A DNA stretch of 64,000 nt from Vicugna vicugna (Eukaryota), in assembly GCA_013265495.1 (NCBI GenBank), contig MU058793.1, positions 734,060 to 798,059 of the forward strand. Direction: 5' to 3'. The position numbers and the translations under genes were made by a program. The number at the start of each line of letters is the position of its first letter. Within the stretch, counting starts at the first letter, position 1. Of this stretch, positions 36,492-48,962 are shown piece by piece. The notes under the pieces were generated by a model. That model ran no database searches and was not told the DNA's origin. It saw nothing but the letters and a program-made list of their open reading frames with translations.

Positions 36492-37766
36492 TTACAGGTT
36501 CCAAATTACAAAGAAACCAGTCTAGAGAGGTTAAGTTATTTACCCAACAGCACACAGCCATAAGCTATGAAACAAGATTTGTGCTTGTGAAATCTGGCTC
36601 TGAGACCCCCAGTACGAACTTCATGCAAGACTTTGCAATATTCTTGCAAAGTCAGAATAAACTCACCGATAGGAAGGAAACACTTTTGCAATGCATAAAG
36701 TCAGGTTATCTTTTAAAATCGTTTTTTATCTTTACTTTTCCTTGATGGTCAGCCCCTAATGGTGAAACCCCAAGAGGCTTTATAAATAATCTAGGAACAT
36801 TTCTAACCTGTCTGTACAAATTCATATTTTATTACGTGAACATACACTATATCTAAGAGAGAAACAGAATAAATCCCAGCCATTATTGATGTTCTTTATC
36901 AATAATGATACATACAGAATGATTCAGAGCAAAGGGGGAGCTAGAATCTGTTGAATGGAGAGTCACAGAATTTCCTTCCTTTAAAAAAGTCCTGGGATGT
37001 ATTGGGAAAATTCTCAAAGGCATCAACTCAGCGGTAGCCGTACTGCTGAAAGTGATGTATTCCCAGGGTCCCAAGCTGGAGACAATCAGTTTCCCCCCAA
37101 GTTAGCAAGAGTGGTCCAAGATACTCTTCCTCCTAGGAGAACACTGTTTTTCAGCAGTCAACATGGATTGCAAGTACATAAAGTACATTTTATCATTCTG
37201 CATAGATTGCTTTAAAAAGAGCGGTAATGTAGATTTTGAATGTTCTCCTACACCCTACAGAGAATCTGGCCAAAGACCTGTGCAGAAAGCTGGTTTTGTT
37301 AGCAACTCTCAAGCTTAAAGAGCAACAGATAAAAAATGTAGTACTACTTCAAGAGCCACAGATTTCAGAAATGGAGAATTCCATGAGTTTTTCATGACGC
37401 TTACCATCTTAAGTACAAAAATGCCTTTTTCTATTTTCATCTCTTTGGTGTAACTCTCTCAAATATGTTCCCTAATTCTCGGTCTTTGTAATCAGAATAT
37501 ATGGAATATGTTTTAAGGGTTCCTAGAGGATGTGGGGTCATCATTATGAATCTCACTTATCACATGTGAAGCCATCTCATCAATCATGTTGTTATGCTCC
37601 CAGGACCATTTCTCTCCTCCATGGACGGGCCCTGGATGGATGCACTTTCTATAAGGTTCTGTCCACCTTGAAGATATCGTTTTATCCTTCCTTCTGTTCA
37701 ACAGCTGCTCCTTCCTGCTGTCTTCCCTCCACCCTGCTCCTTTTAATCTGCTACTATATTTTAGAT

Positions 37767-37988
37767 CAAGGTGGCCAAACTACAGCCCATGGATAAAGCC
37801 AGCTGCTTGCTTTGCTTTGTAAATAAAGTTTTATTGGAATACAGCCATGCTCATTCCTTTCCGTATCATCTGTAGCTGCTTTCACTCCACACCAGGCCAA
37901 ATTAAGTAGTTGCAACCAAGACTGCATGGGCTGCAAGGCCTAAAATATTCACTATCTGCTCTTTAAGGGAAAAGTTTGCCAGCCCCTG
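37767..37988. mobile_element. MER58A hAT-Charlie MITE
   Basis: TIR-like ends caaggtggccaaact / agtttgccagcccctg, 'gtaaataaagttttattggaatacagccatgctcattc'; 8-bp TSD ttttagat / ttttaaat. Confidence 0.88.
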
Positions 37989-39163
37989 TTTTAAATTCAT
38001 GAATAAGTCAGTGCCTTTTGGAAAAATTTTGCCCCCTTCTTCTGGATAAAGAACTGTGCTTGGCAATAATTGTGTTTTTAAGCAACTAAAAGGTCTTTTT
38101 CACTTACGCCTGTGTTTCCAGATGTGTCCTGGATGGTTGAGGAGGCTAAAAATCTGACCTTCAGGTAAACGGAAGCATTTCACAGACTTTTAAAAGCTAT
38201 GAAACTCAGCTATGTTTGATAGTAGTTTACTATCAGAGGGCCTAAAAACAGTGTTTGTATATGACAGAGCTACATCTATAGCCTAAGCCAGGTGTTTAAA
38301 CATCACTGTCACGCAGAGTTCTGATGTCCTCATGTAACTCAGCACACAACCAGTCCCAACCCTCAAAGCGAAGTTTGAGTCACTGACTTAAATAATAATA
38401 GGGGGAAGAAAATGAGAAGGAAAAAAAGAAAATTAGGAAGCCACCCAATTAAAATATAAAATTATAAGGAAAAACAACTAAATCAAACTTCTCCCTGGGA
38501 CTTGCAGAGGAGAAATCAACCAGAGACATTGTTTAAAAACTAGCATGACATCGTAACCCAGAGCAGATTTCCAGCCAGAAGAATTACAGCATATGGCATT
38601 TCACATACGAAAGGTAATTAAGAACTGCTTTGAAAAAGAGCATTTGTAGCCACCTCATCAGTGACCTCGCAGGCTGCTTTGTATCAGTTACTATTCATTA
38701 CTGTCAGTAAGAACAAAACAGGGTATGATTAATGCAGTCCAGTGCAATGAATTGCAACAGAGGACGACACCTCAAAAAACTAAAGTCCAGGGGAGAGAAG
38801 GCCATCATTTATTAAGCCTGAGTACTCCATTTACATTTCATGCCAATAGTATTATTCTAATTATTGTTATTACTAACAAAGTAATGAGCATTTAGACATT
38901 GCCTAATACTAGACTGTGTTATATGGGTATTAGCTTATTGAAAAAGTCGATGAACTAGATGGTAACATCATCCCTAACCTACATGTAAGGAAACAGTTTT
39001 CATGAAGTCCTTTAGGATATATCAGAGCCAGAACACACAACCAAACCTGTAATTCCCAAGGCCATCTTCCAAATTCTAGTTCTATGCTATCCCTCCACCC
39101 ATTTCACTGGAATTTAGAATTTTGCAGCTAGACACTCAGTGCCCTCCAACACAGTTTTTATAT

Positions 39164-39695
39164 CAGTGCTGTCCAACAGAAATAGAGTGCAAGTCATGTA
39201 CGTGACTTTATATTCTTTATGTAGCCACAACCAAAAAAGGGAAAAGAATTAGGTGGAAGCCGTTTTGGTAAAATATTTTTACTTAACCCAATATATCCAT
39301 AACAGCTTCAATTTAACTAATAATTATAATTAATAATTAATTAACAATAATTATTCAACAAATAAATATTGAGATACTTTATGTTTTTTTATGCTACATT
39401 TTTGAAATGACAAATACTTTACATCTCAATTGAGACATGACAATTTCATTTAAAAAAACAGGATCTATATTTAGATATAAAATTTACAGTTAGAAAAAGT
39501 AGATTCATATATTCATGTTATTTCAAACATGTTTAAAAGTTTCCCGATACTTACTGAGGATCAGTCTTCACATTTGAGCTTAAATTCATTAGAATTAAGT
39601 AAACTCAGAATTTAGTTCCTTAGCTGCAGTGGCCAGATTTCAAGGGCTCATTAGCTACATGAGGCCAGTGGCTACTATATACTGACTACAGAGGT
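39164..39695. mobile_element. hAT-Charlie non-autonomous element (MER33/MER3-related)
   Basis: 'cagtgctgtccaacagaaatag', 'acttaacccaatatatcc', end 'ggccagatttcaagggctcattagctacatgaggccagtggctac'. Confidence 0.7.
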
Positions 39696-40789
39696 CTCCA
39701 TCCTACTTGTCACTTCCTAGGTATTGAAGTAAACTGAGCAAATGATAAATGGCACTGGTCAGTAGGAAAAGGAAACCCTCGGAATCCAGGGCCTGGATCC
39801 CAAGTCCGATTTTGAATATTAAAATAGTCTGGCCTTGGGCTGGCCTTTGAACTTCTCCAGACCTCTCCTCTTTTATGCAGAATAAATGTTAAAAACAGCT
39901 GCTCTATCTTTCTCCTAAAGTTTTTGTTAAATAAGATGACATCTTTGAAAGAACTCAGCATTTTAAATGCTAGATCAACATAAGATCCTATGACTGTGCT
40001 ATCTACTTTTCCTGATGAGTAACTCAGTTCTGTCTGGCATACAGTTACGTGTCAGCCCAAGCTAGATCAGCATCAGTGGTCATTAGGGATAGGAAAGGAC
40101 CAGAAGAGCAGTAACAGGAGTATTGCAAGTTGAGTCATTACCTCCTGAAGGTTAGGGCCTGTAACAAAGTAGTCACTCAATAAACATCTGTTGAGTTCAT
40201 GACTAAATAACGGAATGGATGAATAAACATCTAAACCAACCTGCCTGGTCTAAATATCAGGTCTGTTCTAATTTGGTTACCTAGCAATCTAAAGGTGTGT
40301 TTAAAATACTTACATTTTCCCTGTCAGATACACATCTGTTTAGACAGATGGCTCCTCATGGTCCTTTACAAAATGATGGTACATAAACATCTCCGGGGTG
40401 CCACAATTGGAGGTAGCCCCTGAAATCACTGGAAACAGGGGAATTACTTCCTTTCTAGAGCAGAAGTTGACAAATGTGTCCCATAGTACAGTAATAGGTG
40501 TTAGCCCCCCAAAAGAGTGCCATGGACAAGGGAGTTTTAGAAAAGCAGAGCTAATCAAATTTCTTAACCTCAGAAGTTCAGAGGGCTTTTAATGGCTAAA
40601 GTGCATTGGAAATAGCCAAGTAGAAAAATCCAGCCTAAGAATTTATCAAATTCATTTGATCATGGAAGCACTTTCTTAAAGCAATCTTATAGCACTAGGA
40701 ACCTAGAAATCCACACTGGGAAATGTCGTTATAGAGAAAGATGAATGCATCAAAATGAGGAGTAAAGTTACTAAAAGCTTATGAACATG

Positions 40790-41300
40790 CATTGGTCTTT
40801 GGTGGTGCCAAAGAGAGAAACCTGGGAGACTTACTCTTGTCGGGATTAGATTCTGGTTTCAAACACAGCCAAATTCTGGGGCTGAAACACAGTCATCAGG
40901 ATTCAGATCCCTCTGTGTTTCAGCATCTCCACCCATTGTGCGGGCTTCATTCCCAGGCTTCACAGGCTGGCCCTGGCCACTCCAAGATCACACCCTTCCA
41001 GGTTCAAACCCAGAGCAATAAGTGCCTCTCCTGACTTGCTCAAGCAAAAACCCCAAGATATTCCTAATTGGATCTAACTAGCTTGGCTTAAGAGTACCCA
41101 CCCTGATCCAATCACTGTGGCCAAAGGACCAAAATTCTCTGAGTGGCCAAGCCAAGTTAGGCATTCTGCCACAGCAACTCAGCATAGAATTAATACCTCC
41201 CACAGCACAGGGCTAAGAGTGGAGAACAGGGGTGAGCCTTAAGGGAGAAACTAATTTTACTAGAAGAGAAAATGTATGTTGGGAGGCTGAAATGACAAAC
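40790..41300 (-). mobile_element. Old MaLR LTR (MLT1K-like)
   Basis: 'ccctgatccaatcactgtggccaaagg...ctctgagtggccaagcc'. Confidence 0.55.
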
Positions 41301-41764
41301 CAAAGATTAATTTCCCAGGATTTCTAAAATGTGAGTGGATTTCTGACTGATTTGGGTAATGTCTCCTCATATTAACAGTTGATTAAAAATTCTAAGATAA
41401 CACAGCACCCGAGGAGATCAAGTCCCCAGATCTGCTCAAAACCGACTAGTAAACTGTGACCCTTGCAATTTGTTTCCCTTTGTTATTTCTGTGGCTTTAG
41501 CCCTATTAAATTGGAAAGCACAGTGCCATCTAGCTCACATTTTTCTTCTAAATGTTAATCCCTATTCCCCAAAACTAAAGAATAATTAATCTAAGAAAGA
41601 GCCAAATTTACACTCTTTTCCTTCTTGACAAATTCCAAGGCTACATCTCCCGGTCCTGTAATCTACCACATTTTAGAACGGCCTTGTGAAAACTATTCAA
41701 AATAACAGGTTAATATGTTCTTAAGTTGCACAAAAGCCAAATATTTCCACAATAGGAAAGCTCC

Positions 41765-42308
41765 AGAAACGGTGGCTACCACCCACACGTGGCCAGTGAA
41801 GACTGAGAGATGCTCTAGGTATAGAATACACAGCATTTATCAAAGACTTATCACAAAGAATATAAAAGATCTCATTAATAATTTGTACACTGATTACACC
41901 TTGAAATGATAAAATTTTGGATATATTGGGTTAAACAAAGTATATTATTAAAGTATATGAAAATACAGTCGTCCCTTAGTATCCGTGGGGGATTGGTTCC
42001 AGAACCCCTGGGGATACCAAAATCTGGCGATGCTCAAGTCCCTGATACAAAACGGCACAGTACAGTGGCCATCCATATCCGTGGGTTCTGCATCTGCATC
42101 CACGGACTCAATCAACCGGAGATCAAAATCAGGAAATCCATCAGCGGTGGGTTGAATCCGTGGATGCAGAACCTGTGGATATGGAGGGCTGACTGTGTAT
42201 TATTAAAACTAATTTCCTGTTTCTTTTTACTTTTAAAAATGTACCTACTAGAAAAGTTTAAATTACATATTCAGGCTGTGTTATATTTCTATTGGATAAC
42301 ACTGCCCT
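41765..42308. mobile_element. MER33-type hAT element interrupted by MER2-like MITE
   Basis: 'gataaaattttggatatattgggttaaacaaagtatattattaaa' ... 'ctactagaaaagtttaaattacatat...tatatttctattggataacactgcc'. Confidence 0.75.
41966..42195. mobile_element. MER2/Tigger-family MITE (TcMar-Tigger)
   Basis: TIRs cagtcgtcccttagtatccgtggg / cctgtggatatggagggctgactg; preceded by TA. Confidence 0.85.
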
Positions 42309-43117
42309 GACCCAGCTCTACACGTGGCAAGTAAGGAAATAGCAGTATGAGCCCCTTACAGTTATGGTGTAAATACTGGAAGAAAGGATAAACAAGTTAA
42401 ACATGAGTGCTTCCAGAAAGCAGGGGTGACATTTTTCATGTTAAGCCTTTTCAATACAATCCAAATTATCTTTAACTATGTTCATTCGTCACTTTAATTT
42501 TTAAAATCTAGGCGGTGGCAAAATAATAATCAAGCATTTCAGGGGTACTTCATTGAGACATTTTAGAGATGGACTTGTTTATAACTTCTATTTTTTTCCA
42601 GCTCAGAAGCTGTGCTTGTTAACCAGGAGGATGCTTCAGAATCACCTTTAATAAAAATACATAAACACAGGAACCAGCCTAGATTTTTCAAACATGTTAT
42701 TTTTTCCCCAAAATTCAAGGTGATTCCTTCTCTCACATCTATTTGAGAACTTCTGGTCCATGGCATGGAACTCTGCGACCTTATGGTAAGTGTTATAACA
42801 GAGCCAAAACTATTTATTGAGGAAAATCTTGGCCCAGTCTACGGGTGTTCTATAGGTATGGGTCCACTTTGCATTGGAAGGGGAACCATCATGACATCAC
42901 AAGTGTCTTCATTAGGCTCCTCTCCTCTACCCTCTAGAATACATGACTTAAACATATTCTGGCTTAGTACTTGCTGTTTCCAGAGAATAGTACAGGGCAG
43001 GTATTGTCAGGGTGTTACCCCAAATGCACCACCACTCAGCACATATCTAAAGCCCAATTCAGAGAAATATTTATGGCAGATTTCCTTAGAGATAAATAAT
43101 CTGGTCCTTTCTCTGGA

Positions 43118-43638
43118 CAACTGCTTCTCAAAATATGGTCCAGAGACCCTGCACTGGAAGCACCTGGGGTCCTCATCCAAAATACAGATTATTTTCCTCC
43201 AGGCCCAAGGAGAGGTTGTATTTTCCTGCCTCCTTTGAAGTTCCACATGACCAGGTGACTCATTCTGACCAATGAAATGGACCTGGGAAGTAACATGGCT
43301 GTCTCCAGATGGAAGCTTTGGGAGCCAATACACAATTTGCCCCTATCTCTTTTCTGCCTTGGCAATCATGGAAGCATGGAGATGGAGCCTTGCATGGCCT
43401 GGAACCTTGAGTGCAAAAGCCTTAGAGCAGAGACACCCCCAACTCCACCCTACCCACTTCCCCAGTCAACCCACAGTGGTTATGCAGCATGAACAGGAAA
43501 TTAACCTTTGTTGTTTCAAGCACATGAGAATTGGGAGCTGTTTGTTTCTGCAGCATAACCTGGCTTATCCTTACATATGGGGAGTTTCACAAACTTGCTG
43601 AGTAGATCTTATGTACAATGAAGTTTGAAAACCACTGC
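43118..43638. mobile_element. MER5-type MITE split by an MLT1I-like LTR (~43190-43577, +)
   Basis: MER5 ends 'ctgcttctcaaaatatggtcc' and 'aagtttgaaaaccactg'; internal 'ctgaccaatgaaatg...gaaattaacctttgttgtttcaagc...gcagcataacctggcttatcct'. Confidence 0.7.
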
Positions 43639-45507
43639 ATGGGTATGCTCTGATCTCTTCCTGGCTTAGGCAAGGGCAAGAAGGAACTGTCTGTCTAGGC
43701 TTCATGTTTGGCCACCAAAGAAATATTTGTGCCGCTTGGTGCTGTGCCATTGGCCTTCAGGGAGGTAAACATATAAGTATGGCTGTGTTTCTTAAGGATG
43801 TTGTTGAAGACTCTTGTCCCTTAATTATGGTGCCCTCTTGGTTTAAGAACCCAGAGAGGAAAAGTCTCTCTAATGTCAATACCAAGCTCAGATTGGCTTC
43901 TCCTGGTCATTAATGTGTTTCTAATCTTATGGTTACTGCATATTATGGCATTAATCCTACGAGGAGCCTCCAAGCTAAATGCATGGCCTTCCTCTCATAA
44001 TGTGCCAGCCTTCATAGCATTCATTGTGTGCATTGATCTTCTGCCTTCATTCTATTCTTCTGAACCAGTTTCCCCCTTTCCACCAATTTTTCTGACTCAC
44101 TCATTTTTATTTTATTTTGAATTATGCGTTTTTGTGAGTTGCCTTAATTCTTTTCAGGAAAAAAGGTAGTATATATATGTGAGTAAAAATGTATGTGACA
44201 TGCAAGCGTGCGTGCATAAATAAAAGGCCCTTATTTCCAGAGCTACAATAATGAACCTCAACTTGTTTTTCAGTGATGCAGGGAAAAAGAGGAAAAGAAA
44301 GAGAAGGAAGAGGATGGAGGGGAGGGAAGAGGGAAAGAATGTGATATCATGAGCCCTCCACAGTATTCCAATTCTGGCTTCCAGTTAATGGGCAGCAGAG
44401 GAAGGCAACTTTATCTTCAAGATAAATGTTATAAATTGCACGTAATGAAATAAGGTCTTACTTTTCCACCTTTTGTTTTCTTATTTTTAAGATATACGGT
44501 CCTATGTCAACCAAAATATCTAGACTTATAGCACCCAATTCTATTCGGCTTGTAGAACAAATTCACTGGCACAGTCGATTTTTATTTTAATTATTTGTAT
44601 AGAGTGGAAAGGAATGGCCTGATTTATTACTGAGTTGGACTCCAATGGCAATATTATTATAGTTGCAACAGATGAATAAACCAATATATTTCTTTAAAGC
44701 CATAAAACACCCAGCTCCATGTCAGAGAAAATTGTTCTCCAAAACAACTGCAAAAAATAAAAAACAAAACCAAAGGAAACAGTGGCCTTCTTAGCCTCCC
44801 AAAGCCATTCCAAAGGAAACAGGACTCCCGCCGACCAGGAAAAGCTCATTTCAACAAACTTACTTTCCATCTACCCTCCTGAAATTAAAAGTTCACAGAA
44901 ATAATTTATAATATTGTCTCTGGCATTGATGTGTTTATTCCATTAGAATGTGCTTTTAAAAAAAAATCAGTTGCCACAGAAGATCACTGTTCTCTTATAA
45001 CCCAAAGTTTGACATGCCGACGCAGCCCTCAGCAGCAAACTCCAGGATTAAGCTGATCAGAACTATGTGCTGGGATGACATTTTAATGCCTGATCAGGAC
45101 TGCACTGTTCTTTGCAATTTGCTTTGAAGGGGGAATGAGGAGGGAGGGGGCAGAAATGGGAGAACCCTTTTTACAATCCATCTTTGCTTATCTACGGCTT
45201 GCATGCCATCCCTGCATAGGCTGAGGACAATGAGACACGACTGCAGAGGGTGGCTGAAGTCAAGTGCAGCACTGAATGCCTCCCCTGGAAGGCTCCATTG
45301 GATTAGGTGGACCCAGACTGTGCTGATTGCCAGGCGGGAGGGTAACCAGGGCTTCTCAGAGCTCTGCTATCCACCAAGATGCTGATGTTAATTTTTCTGG
45401 TGGGTTTTCCATTTGTATCTATTTCAAGGAAAGCCTTGAGGAGGGCTGCATACCTCCAAAAGCACAGAACTACCCAGTGAGTGTGAAATGTGTGTTTTCC
45501 AGAAATG

Positions 45508-45720
45508 TGGAGTAGTTAAGACCTCAGGCTCTAGAATCAGAAAATTTTTAATGGAATTCTGGTTCCCCGTGTTCCTTGCCATGTGTCCTTGGGCAAGTTC
45601 CCTGACTTCTTTGAGACTCACTTTTCTCATCTGCTGAGTGGGGATATTAATGCTTACATGCAACTGTTGAAGGAACCAAAGGCAATATGCTTAGCACGTA
45701 TTGCCTCATAGAAAAACCAA
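45508..45720 (+). mobile_element. MIR SINE
   Basis: 'gtagttaagacctcaggctctagaatcag...tgtgtccttgggcaagttccctgacttctttgagactcacttttctcatctg'. Confidence 0.75.
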
Positions 45721-46299
45721 CAGCAGGAGCACCCAGGTCTTATTTCCTACAGACTCAATCATTTTTAAACTGCACAGGCTCCTTTTTATGCCAGCGGCCA
45801 CTTCCAAATTCTCCCATCAGGTCTGGAATTTGGTTATAAGAGAATGCTCTTCAAGTAGTTGTAGTTTCTTGGAATGTCCCATTTGAAAGTATAGCTTTCA
45901 AATCAAGCGCTACAGCATCATAATTCAGCGAAGATAAAACACTCAACTAGAAAATATGGCATGTAAATGCTACGGGTTTGAAAATACTCATGTGCCCATG
46001 AGGCTCCTCCCCTCAAGAGCTGTCAAAATATCAAGACTTTTTCTCTTCTGTGCAGCCAACTTTAAAATAATAACAATAACTACCACAACCACAATCACCA
46101 TTGTAGTCATATGCCTGGGGCACCTTCTGTGAGCCAGGCACTGTATTCTCTACAGTCCTTTCCAAGCAATAGGTCATCTAATCATCACAACAATCCTCTA
46201 AGGCAGTTACTAGTTGCATCCCCATTTTACAGATGAAGAAACTGGCTCAGAGTGTTCCGGCAACTTGCCCAAACTAGGAAGTGACTAAGCAAGAATTCA

Positions 46300-47547
46300 G
46301 GGAGGAGAAGCAAGATGGTGGAGTAGAAGAACGCTTGTAGCTCACCCTCTCCCACAAATACACCAAAACTCACATCTACGGACCTACTCAGCCAACCAGA
46401 GCACCTGCCGAACTCCGACAGAACATCGCCCTCTTTGAAACACAAAGATGCCCAAAATCTGGTAGGAGAAAAGGAAAAAAGAAAGAAGAAAAAGCAAAAC
46501 AGTGCGGGACTGATCCTGTGGGGAGAGAGTGGCGCTCATTCACTGGGTCTGCCCCCTCCAACGGAGAGGCCAGCGGGACAGAAGGGGAGCCCCCGAGGTT
46601 CAGATATGCCCCAAGCACCCCTTGACCAACAGAACTGAGTTAAACGGGCACAAAGGGTCCACGCGACACCCAGCCGGAGATGTGAGCCGGCAGCTGGGGG
46701 CCGGGACAGGCCACCCAAGCCGGGCGGAGGACAGGGGTGCCTGCACTGAGGCAGCCCCAGGGGACTGTAGGGTGCTGTGTGCCATGGCTGGGAGGGGATA
46801 CAAAGCAGAACAACCTCGGTCCCCCATAAATTGCAAAAAAAGCAAAGCAACACGGCTGGTGTGCCCTGTGGGGAGGGGCGCCGTAGCCTTTGTCTTCTCA
46901 AACCTGTGCCGCCGTTACTGGCGCTTCTCACAAGAAGAGAGGTGGGGCGCAGCCACAGCCCACATCTCCTCCTGTGCGCAGCGCCCATGCCGGGACGGGA
47001 CTGAGCCCTGAATCCGCACCCGGGGGCTCCGCAACCTCCTAGGCAGGACTGATACTTGTTTACAGCCTGAGGCAGATAGGATATTTCTGCCCTGGCACCT
47101 GAGTCCGCCTTCAGAGCGCCGACCAGAGGCGGAGCGGGCAGCTGCACAGAGCAGCGGAGCCACCAGTGCTGGGGGAGGGCGGGCAGCCACCCTCCTTCCT
47201 GGCAGGAACGCAGCACCTGACCACGGTGCTGGGAGGGGGCACGATCCGCCCACCTGCCTCTCCCTGAGAGCAGCATCTGACTGCGGCATCGGGAGGGGGA
47301 GTGACCACCTGCCCACTAGGTACGAGTTCAACTCCTGACCCAGTGTTAGGAGGGGGAGTGATCTGCTAGCCGACAGCCACTGGGAGCAGCACAGAAGAGG
47401 GTGCCAACAGAGGGCCTCTGGAAACAGCAAGCTAAGTTCACGAAACAGGGCGAAGACACAAAGACCTCTCAATAAAATCATTAAGAGCACACCGTCTCCA
47501 GGAGAACTAGATGACTGATACACCTTAAGCCACAGTGCCAGAGACAT
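46300..47547 (+). promoter_or_regulatory. L1 5'UTR internal promoter, CpG/GC-rich, with YY1-like motif
   Basis: caagatggtgg at 46311 (YY1-like aagatggcgg with probable CpG decay); highest CpG density of the window at ~46500-47300. Confidence 0.75.
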
Positions 47548-48454
47548 ATGAACAAGATGAAGAAGCAGAGGAACCAATCCCAATTAAAAGATCAAGAGAA
47601 ATCCCCTGAAAGCACAATCAAGGAAATAGACATTGATGGCCTACTAGATCAAGATTTCAAAAAAGGAGTGATCAAAGTACTGAAGGAACTAAAAGAAACA
47701 GTGTTTAGAGATATAAAATATGTCAAAAATGAAAGAGAAGCTATAAAGAAGAACCAAAGTAGAATTAGTAAACTTAATGGCTGAGATGAGAGCTGACCTG
47801 AAGGCTGTACAAAGCAGGATAGATAATGCAGGGGAATGAATAAGTGACCTAGAAGACAGGACAACAGAAAGCACCCAATCAGAACAGCTGAGACAAAAAC
47901 AAATAAAAAACAATGAAAACAATATAAGGGACCTATGGGATAATATAAAGCGTGCCAATCTACACATAATGGGGGTTCCAGAAGGGGAAGAAAGAACAAA
48001 GGGAATTGAAAAGGTATTGGAAGAAATCATGACTGAAAACTTCCCAAACCTAAAGAAGGAATCAGATATCCAAGTACAGGAGGCTCAGAGGGTCCCAAAC
48101 AGGAAGAACCCAATCAGACCCACACCAAGACATATCATAATCAAGATGGCCAGAGTCAAGGATAAAGAAATGATCCTAAATGCAGCAAGAGAAAAACAAA
48201 GAGTGTGTTACAAGGGAACCCCCATAAGGCTCTCAGCTGATTTCTCTACCCAAACACTACAGGCCAGAAGGGAGTGGCAAGATATATTCAAAGTCCTGAA
48301 TGAAAAAAAGATGCAGCCTAGGATACTCTATCCAGCAAGGCTATCCTTTAGAATAGAAGGAGAGATAAAGAACTTCACAGACAAGCAAAAACTAAAAGAG
48401 TTTAGCAACACTAAACCCATGCTAAAAGAAATATTGACAGGTCTCTCTAAATAG
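47548..48454 (+). pseudogene. ORF1: L1 ORF1p (RNA-binding chaperone), disabled by one +1 frameshift and one nonsense codon
   Basis: MNKMKKQRNQSQLK... (47548) joins, after a +1 shift near 47752-47760, ...QSRIDNAGE*ISDLEDR...LWDNIKRANLHIMGVPEGEE...PTPRHIIIKM...AAREK...IRLSADFS...QARREW...YPARLSF; TGA at 47837-47839 (probable CGA decay); ~301 aa if repaired. Confidence 0.92.
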
Positions 48455-48593
48455 AAAAGAAGCAGGATGCTACAAAAATGAGAAACTCATAACTGGAAAG
48501 GAGATAACTGCCATGAATTAAAAAGAGAATAAACACAAAATTGTAAAAGAGGACATCTAAATCATTAAGAGTGGGAGAGGGAAGCTAGGAAAA

Positions 48594-48962
48594 CCACTGT
48601 GGAAAACAGTATGGAGATTCCTCAAGAGACTAGGAATAGACTTACCATATGACCCAGGAATGCCACTCCTGGGCATATATCCAGAAGGAATCCTACTTCG
48701 AAATGACACCTACACCCCAGTGTTCATAGCAGCACTATTTACAATAGCCAAGACATGGAAACAGCCTAAATGTCCATCAACAGATGACTGAATAAAGAAG
48801 AAGTGGTATATTTATACAGTGGAATACTATTCAGCCATAAAAACCGACAACATAACACCATTTGCAGCAACATGGATGTTCCTGGAGAATGTCATTCTAA
48901 GCGAAGTAAGCCAGAAAGAGAAAGAAAAATATCATATGAGATCGCTTATATGAAGAATCTGA
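48594..48962 (+). pseudogene. L1 ORF2p C-terminal remnant (downstream of the CCHC motif)
   Basis: PLWKTVWRFLKRLGIDLPYDPGMPLLGIYP...FIAALFTIAKTWKQPKCPSTDD*IKKKWYIYTVEYYSAIK...FAATWMFLENVILSEVSQKEK. Confidence 0.9.

Noticed and set aside
46536..47583. Long antisense ORFs (246 aa and 222 aa) over the L1 5'UTR, reminiscent of ORF0
   Set aside because: Low-complexity GC-rich sequence is stop-poor; no recognisable domain, and several overlapping frames are open.
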